Assembly (NCBI GenBank): GCA_037128175.1
Contig: JBAXWY010000003.1
Coordinates: 77,076-141,075 of the forward strand
Source of the DNA: Methanothrix sp.
Lineage (GTDB): Archaea; Halobacteriota; Methanosarcinia; Methanotrichales; Methanotrichaceae
Direction of reading: 5' to 3'
Length of the DNA stretch: 64,000 nucleotides
Made by a program: the position numbers and the translations under genes. Positions 60,477-64,000 of this stretch are shown here, piece by piece. Position 1 is the stretch's first letter, and every line of letters begins with the position of its first letter. The notes beneath the pieces were generated by a model. The model saw only the letters and a list, made by a program, of their open reading frames with translations, did no database searches and was not told where the DNA came from.

Positions 60477-60481
60477 TGAGA

Positions 60482-61495
60482 TCAGAGTATGATCTCTATA
60501 TCCAGTTCTTCTGCCAGCTCTTTGTAGCGGTTCCTGATGGTAACCTCAGTCACGCCCGCCACATCGGCTACCTCGCGCTGCGTCCTTCTGTCCCCGCAAA
60601 GGATGGAGGCGATGTAGATGGCGGCGGCGGCCACGCCCGTGGGCCCGCGCCCGCTGGTGAGCTCCTTCTCTGCTGCCTGGCGCAGGATCTCAATTCCCTT
60701 GGCCTGCACCTCACCCTTCAGATTCAGACCGGAGCAGAAGCGGGGGATGTAGTCAATGGGGCTTGTCGGCATGAGCTTGAGTGCCAGCTCGCGGGAGACA
60801 AATCGGTAGGTCCTGCCGATCTCTTTTCTGGAAACCCTGGATACTTCAGCGATCTCGTCAAGGGTGCGGGGCACGTTGCACTGCCGGCAAGCGGCATAAA
60901 GCGCTGCTGCGGCCACGCCCTCAATGCTCCGCCCGCGAATGAGGTTCTTGTCCACGGCTTTTCTGTAGACAACGGCTGCCGTCTCTCGCACGTTTCTGGA
61001 AAGACCCAGGGCAGACGCCATTCTGTCCAATTCCGAGAGGGCGAAGGCCAGGTTTCTCTCTGTAGCATTGCTGACCCTGATGCGGCGTTGCCACTTTCTC
61101 AGCCGGTACAGTTGCGCCCTGTTTTTGGAGGAGATGGTCTTGCCGTAGGAGTCCCTGTTCCGCCAGTCGATCATAGTGGAGAGGCCCTTGTCGTGGATGG
61201 TGTAGGTCATGGGCGCTCCCACCCGAGACCTCTTCATGCGCTGGTCGTGGTCGAAGGCTCTCCACTCCGGCCCCTGGTCGATGAAATTCTCGTCGATGAC
61301 CAGACCGCAATCTGAGCAGACCAGCTCGGCGCGCTCATAGTCGCGCACGAGGGTGTGGCTCTTGCACTCCGGACACTCCACAGTGAACTTCTCGAACTCG
61401 TCTACCTTCTCTTTCTCGCGCTTGAGCCGGGTCCTTTCTTTGAGCTTTTCCGGCTCCGCCCTCTCTATCTCTCTCAGCTTCTCAATCTCTTCCAC
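60482..61495 (-). CDS. tfb: Transcription initiation factor IIB
   Basis: CPEC...CSDCG, GPEWRAF, RGRSIE, SGRGPTG. Confidence 0.97.
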   Translation of the reverse strand: MEEIEKLREIERAEPEKLKERTRLKREKEKVDEFEKFTVECPECKSHTLVRDYERAELVCSDCGLVIDENFIDQGPEWRAFDHDQRMKRSRVGAPMTYTIHDKGLSTMIDWRNRDSYGKTISSKNRAQLYRLRKWQRRIRVSNATERNLAFALSELDRMASALGLSRNVRETAAVVYRKAVDKNLIRGRSIEGVAAAALYAACRQCNVPRTLDEIAEVSRVSRKEIGRTYRFVSRELALKLMPTSPIDYIPRFCSGLNLKGEVQAKGIEILRQAAEKELTSGRGPTGVAAAAIYIASILCGDRRTQREVADVAGVTEVTIRNRYKELAEELDIEIIL

Positions 61496-61758
61496 TTGCT
61501 ATCTCTCCCCGGCGCCTCGTCGATATAGAGCTTATTTCCGACGTGGGCAGCGGCATCTACACCTCTATTTGGTCGAACGATGATGTACGGATGATTAATG
61601 GGGCCGAATATATCGAAAACCTTTCCGACTCTGGTCCTCTTCTGATCTACAACCCAGGAATTAGTTCTGGGGATATTGGTCTCGCTTCCAACAATCTGCT
61701 CGCTCTGGAGAATCAATTTATTCTGTACAACATGAAGAGCGGTGCCTAATCTCTTCAA
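61474..61758 (-). CDS. gar1: H/ACA RNP subunit Gar1
   Basis: [15 protein letters not shown]; conserved position upstream of tfb. Confidence 0.88.
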   Translation of the reverse strand: MKRLGTALHVVQNKLILQSEQIVGSETNIPRTNSWVVDQKRTRVGKVFDIFGPINHPYIIVRPNRGVDAAAHVGNKLYIDEAPGRDSKWKRLRS

Positions 61759-61896
61759 GAGGCCACCTCATCTATATAGATACAGAACTAATATTTAAGC
61801 CTTCCGAAAACCATTTATAAATGTCTATTTCAGGGAGGTGGGGGGTGGGTGGCCGCCTAAAGGTTTATCAACCCTAGTCCAGTAACCTACTATGTA

Positions 61897-62880
61897 ATGT
61901 TCGAACAGCTTCCAACCGTACCCACATCAGAAGAGCTTTTAAATAAGTCCTTTAGGCGTGCCTCTCGCGCTACAGATGACGAGTCCATGGTGCAAAACGC
62001 CGGCAATATCCTCTCTGACAATCTCAGCATCCTGATCAAGAAATTCCCCTCCTTTGAGAATCTGCCGCCCTTCTACAGAGAGATGGCGGACATAATCGCT
62101 GGAGTGGATCGCATCCGCATCAGCCTGTCTCGCCTGAGCTGGGCTTCCCGTCAGATAAGACTGATCTCAAAAGAGTATGTAGGCAATATTAGAAGGTCCC
62201 GCGGTCTGGACACTGCTCCCGCCCGAAGGTCGGCCTTTGGGCGCTACTCTTCGGTCATGAGGTCCATTGAGAAAGATCTGCTATTCTTGAATGAAGCTCG
62301 AAACCTGCTGCGCAAGATGCCGACCATAGACCCGGCGGTGCCGACCATTCTCATCGCCGGCTACCCCAATGTGGGCAAGTCAAGCTTCATTGTGCGAGTC
62401 ACTGGAGCGCGGCCCGAGATCGCCATGTATCCATTTACCACGCGGGGCATCTTTGTAGGCCACTTCATGCGGGGCGATCAAAAGTATCAGGTCGTGGATA
62501 CGCCGGGGCTGCTTGACCGACCCATGGAAGAGAGAAATGAGATTGAACGGCAGACGGTAGCCGCTTTGAGCCATCTGCAAGGAGTAGTTCTCTTTATCCT
62601 GGACCCCAGTGAGCACTGCGGCTATCTTATCGATTCGCAGCTTTCTCTGGCCGAAGATCTCAAGAACTGGCTAACGCTGCCCGTTCTGGTTGTGGCCAAT
62701 AAGGCAGACATATTGAGATTTGGAGCAGATAAAGATATGCTGCACATGTCCACCGAGACCGGTCAGGGCGTAAATGAGGTGCTGGATAAGCTCGTCTGCC
62801 TGCTTGATGCCATGCCGCCCTATGTTGCTCCGGAGCCTGATCCGGAAGAAGAATATATGGTTCCCAGCCGGAGAACGTAA
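61897..62880 (+). CDS. NOG1-family GTPase
   Basis: GYPNVGKSS, YPFTT, DTPGLLDRP, NKAD. Confidence 0.93.
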   Translation: MFEQLPTVPTSEELLNKSFRRASRATDDESMVQNAGNILSDNLSILIKKFPSFENLPPFYREMADIIAGVDRIRISLSRLSWASRQIRLISKEYVGNIRRSRGLDTAPARRSAFGRYSSVMRSIEKDLLFLNEARNLLRKMPTIDPAVPTILIAGYPNVGKSSFIVRVTGARPEIAMYPFTTRGIFVGHFMRGDQKYQVVDTPGLLDRPMEERNEIERQTVAALSHLQGVVLFILDPSEHCGYLIDSQLSLAEDLKNWLTLPVLVVANKADILRFGADKDMLHMSTETGQGVNEVLDKLVCLLDAMPPYVAPEPDPEEEYMVPSRRT

Positions 62881-63434
62881 AGCCGCTCGAAAAAGCACCC
62901 TTCGTCGGCCACCACCTCAGCGGTTAGCCCGACAGAGGCTGCCGTCTCCTGTACTTTAGTGAGCCCGGTCAGGCTGGATATGAGCAGCAGTGCTCTACCG
63001 CCGGGCCGCAGATGCAGAGCCAGATCCTCGATAAATCGATCCACCGTATCCCGGCCGCTTTCGCCTCCGTCCAGGGCGTAGTCTATCCATTGACCGGTTC
63101 GCTCTTGCGACTGGGTGGGCAGATATGGTGCGTTGAAGAGTATCAGGTCGAACTTTCCTTTGATTCCCCGGAACAGATCCGCTCTTATGACCTCGATTCC
63201 CCTGGCTCTGGCCGCCCGGACGGCATGGGGATTTATATCTGTGGCCAGGAGGCGGGCCACCTTTGGGCCCAGCTCCTGGGAGATAAAGCCGCTGCCGCAG
63301 CCAATCTCCAGCACGCCGTCCTCGGGCCTGGCCTCGGCTAGTGCGACTCTGAGGAGGAGATAGGTATCCTCGGCAGGCTGGTAGACTTCTTCATTATTGA
63401 TGGGGGCAGTGGCAGTCATCAGTGGTGTGATCAT
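62820..63434 (-). CDS. HemK2/MTQ2-family methyltransferase
   Basis: VYQPAEDTYLL, EIGCGSG, FNAPYLP, DGGESG. Confidence 0.92.
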   Translation of the reverse strand: MITPLMTATAPINNEEVYQPAEDTYLLLRVALAEARPEDGVLEIGCGSGFISQELGPKVARLLATDINPHAVRAARARGIEVIRADLFRGIKGKFDLILFNAPYLPTQSQERTGQWIDYALDGGESGRDTVDRFIEDLALHLRPGGRALLLISSLTGLTKVQETAASVGLTAEVVADEGCFFERLYVLRLGTIYSSSGSGSGAT

Positions 63435-63513
63435 TTGTTAGGGGGAAAATAAACCTTGGCTTTTCGGTGAATGGGCATGAATCTACTAAGAAAGATTATA
63501 AAAGGGATGGCGA

Positions 63514-63998
63514 ATGTATCATCGGATGGTAGATAAGGTAAGATCTTCCAAGGCAATCCAAGAGAAGGTAGAAGAGCTAGCGCGAATGATACACGTTGGT
63601 GAAAGAAATATGTTCGTATCAAAACGGACCGAGCGGCGCAGAAGTTGGATCGTGTTCACTCGGTCGAGAAGGATAAATCTCGTCACATTGGGAGGATCCA
63701 AACCAAAATCGACGAGGCTTGCGAAAAATCTCCTACTTGTGTTCATATCGCAATTCCCGGGCGGAAGCCATTCTGTTTTGGAGACGTTAGCGAAACCGAG
63801 ACAATCGGCACTTTAACAGAGAAGATTGCAGATAGTCTGGGAGTTGACAAGCGAAATTGGGGCTTTTATGTAGCGGGACCAAAAACACAACGCGAATTTC
63901 TTCCGGACGGTGCAAAAGTACAAGAGATTAATCACAGCAGTGAAACGGCGGCGCACCCGCGCAGCAAGCTGCGGGGCATCCGAGGCGCCGCCGCATGA
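63514..63998 (+). other. Possibly frameshifted gene ending in a ubiquitin-like domain
   Basis: VHIAIPGRKPFCFGDVSETETIGTLTEKIADSLGVD...FLPDGAKV resembles a beta-grasp fold; upstream part is in another frame. Confidence 0.4.
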
Positions 63999-64000
63999 AG

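Noticed and set aside
60407-61315. 302-aa plus-strand ORF (similarly 41256-42329 and 13063-13848)
   Set aside because: Antisense to tfb, cas1 and hsdR respectively, with no recognisable motifs.
1-64000. tRNA, rRNA, integrase or transposase genes
   Set aside because: None recognisable by eye; a covariance-model scan would be needed to exclude small RNAs.

Overview
Archaeal chromosomal window; gene content (rps17e, rpl7ae, rps28e, rpl24e, aIF5B, TFB, Gar1, NOG1, PAC2, dapA/dapB, DUF11 surface proteins) points to a methanogen, probably Methanothrix-like (inference). Housekeeping genes are interrupted by three accessory blocks. (1) A ~12 kb minus-strand defence island (3.4-15.2 kb) built on a type I R-M system. 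It carries a GHKL-ATPase/PD-(D/E)xK nuclease between hsdM and hsdS, an ABC-ATPase + PIN-like pair bracketed by copies of the hsdS 3' end, a SAMHD1-like HD protein coupled to a YwgA/SocA-like protein, and decayed TA genes. (2) A small AT-rich three-gene cassette at 35.1-36.9 kb. (3) A type I-D CRISPR-Cas locus (33 repeats; cas2-1-4-3'-csc1-csc2-cas10d, cas6, csa3). Features missing from or unlabelled in the ORF track: an internal Cas11d start, a collapsed in-frame mini-Cas6 coupled to cas10d, a truncated third cas6 copy, a TGCA-N15-TGCA operator candidate at four cas promoters, and a family of ~130-bp palindromic intergenic elements whose core occurs in both orientations relative to the arms. 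All family assignments come from reading motifs by eye; no database searches were run.
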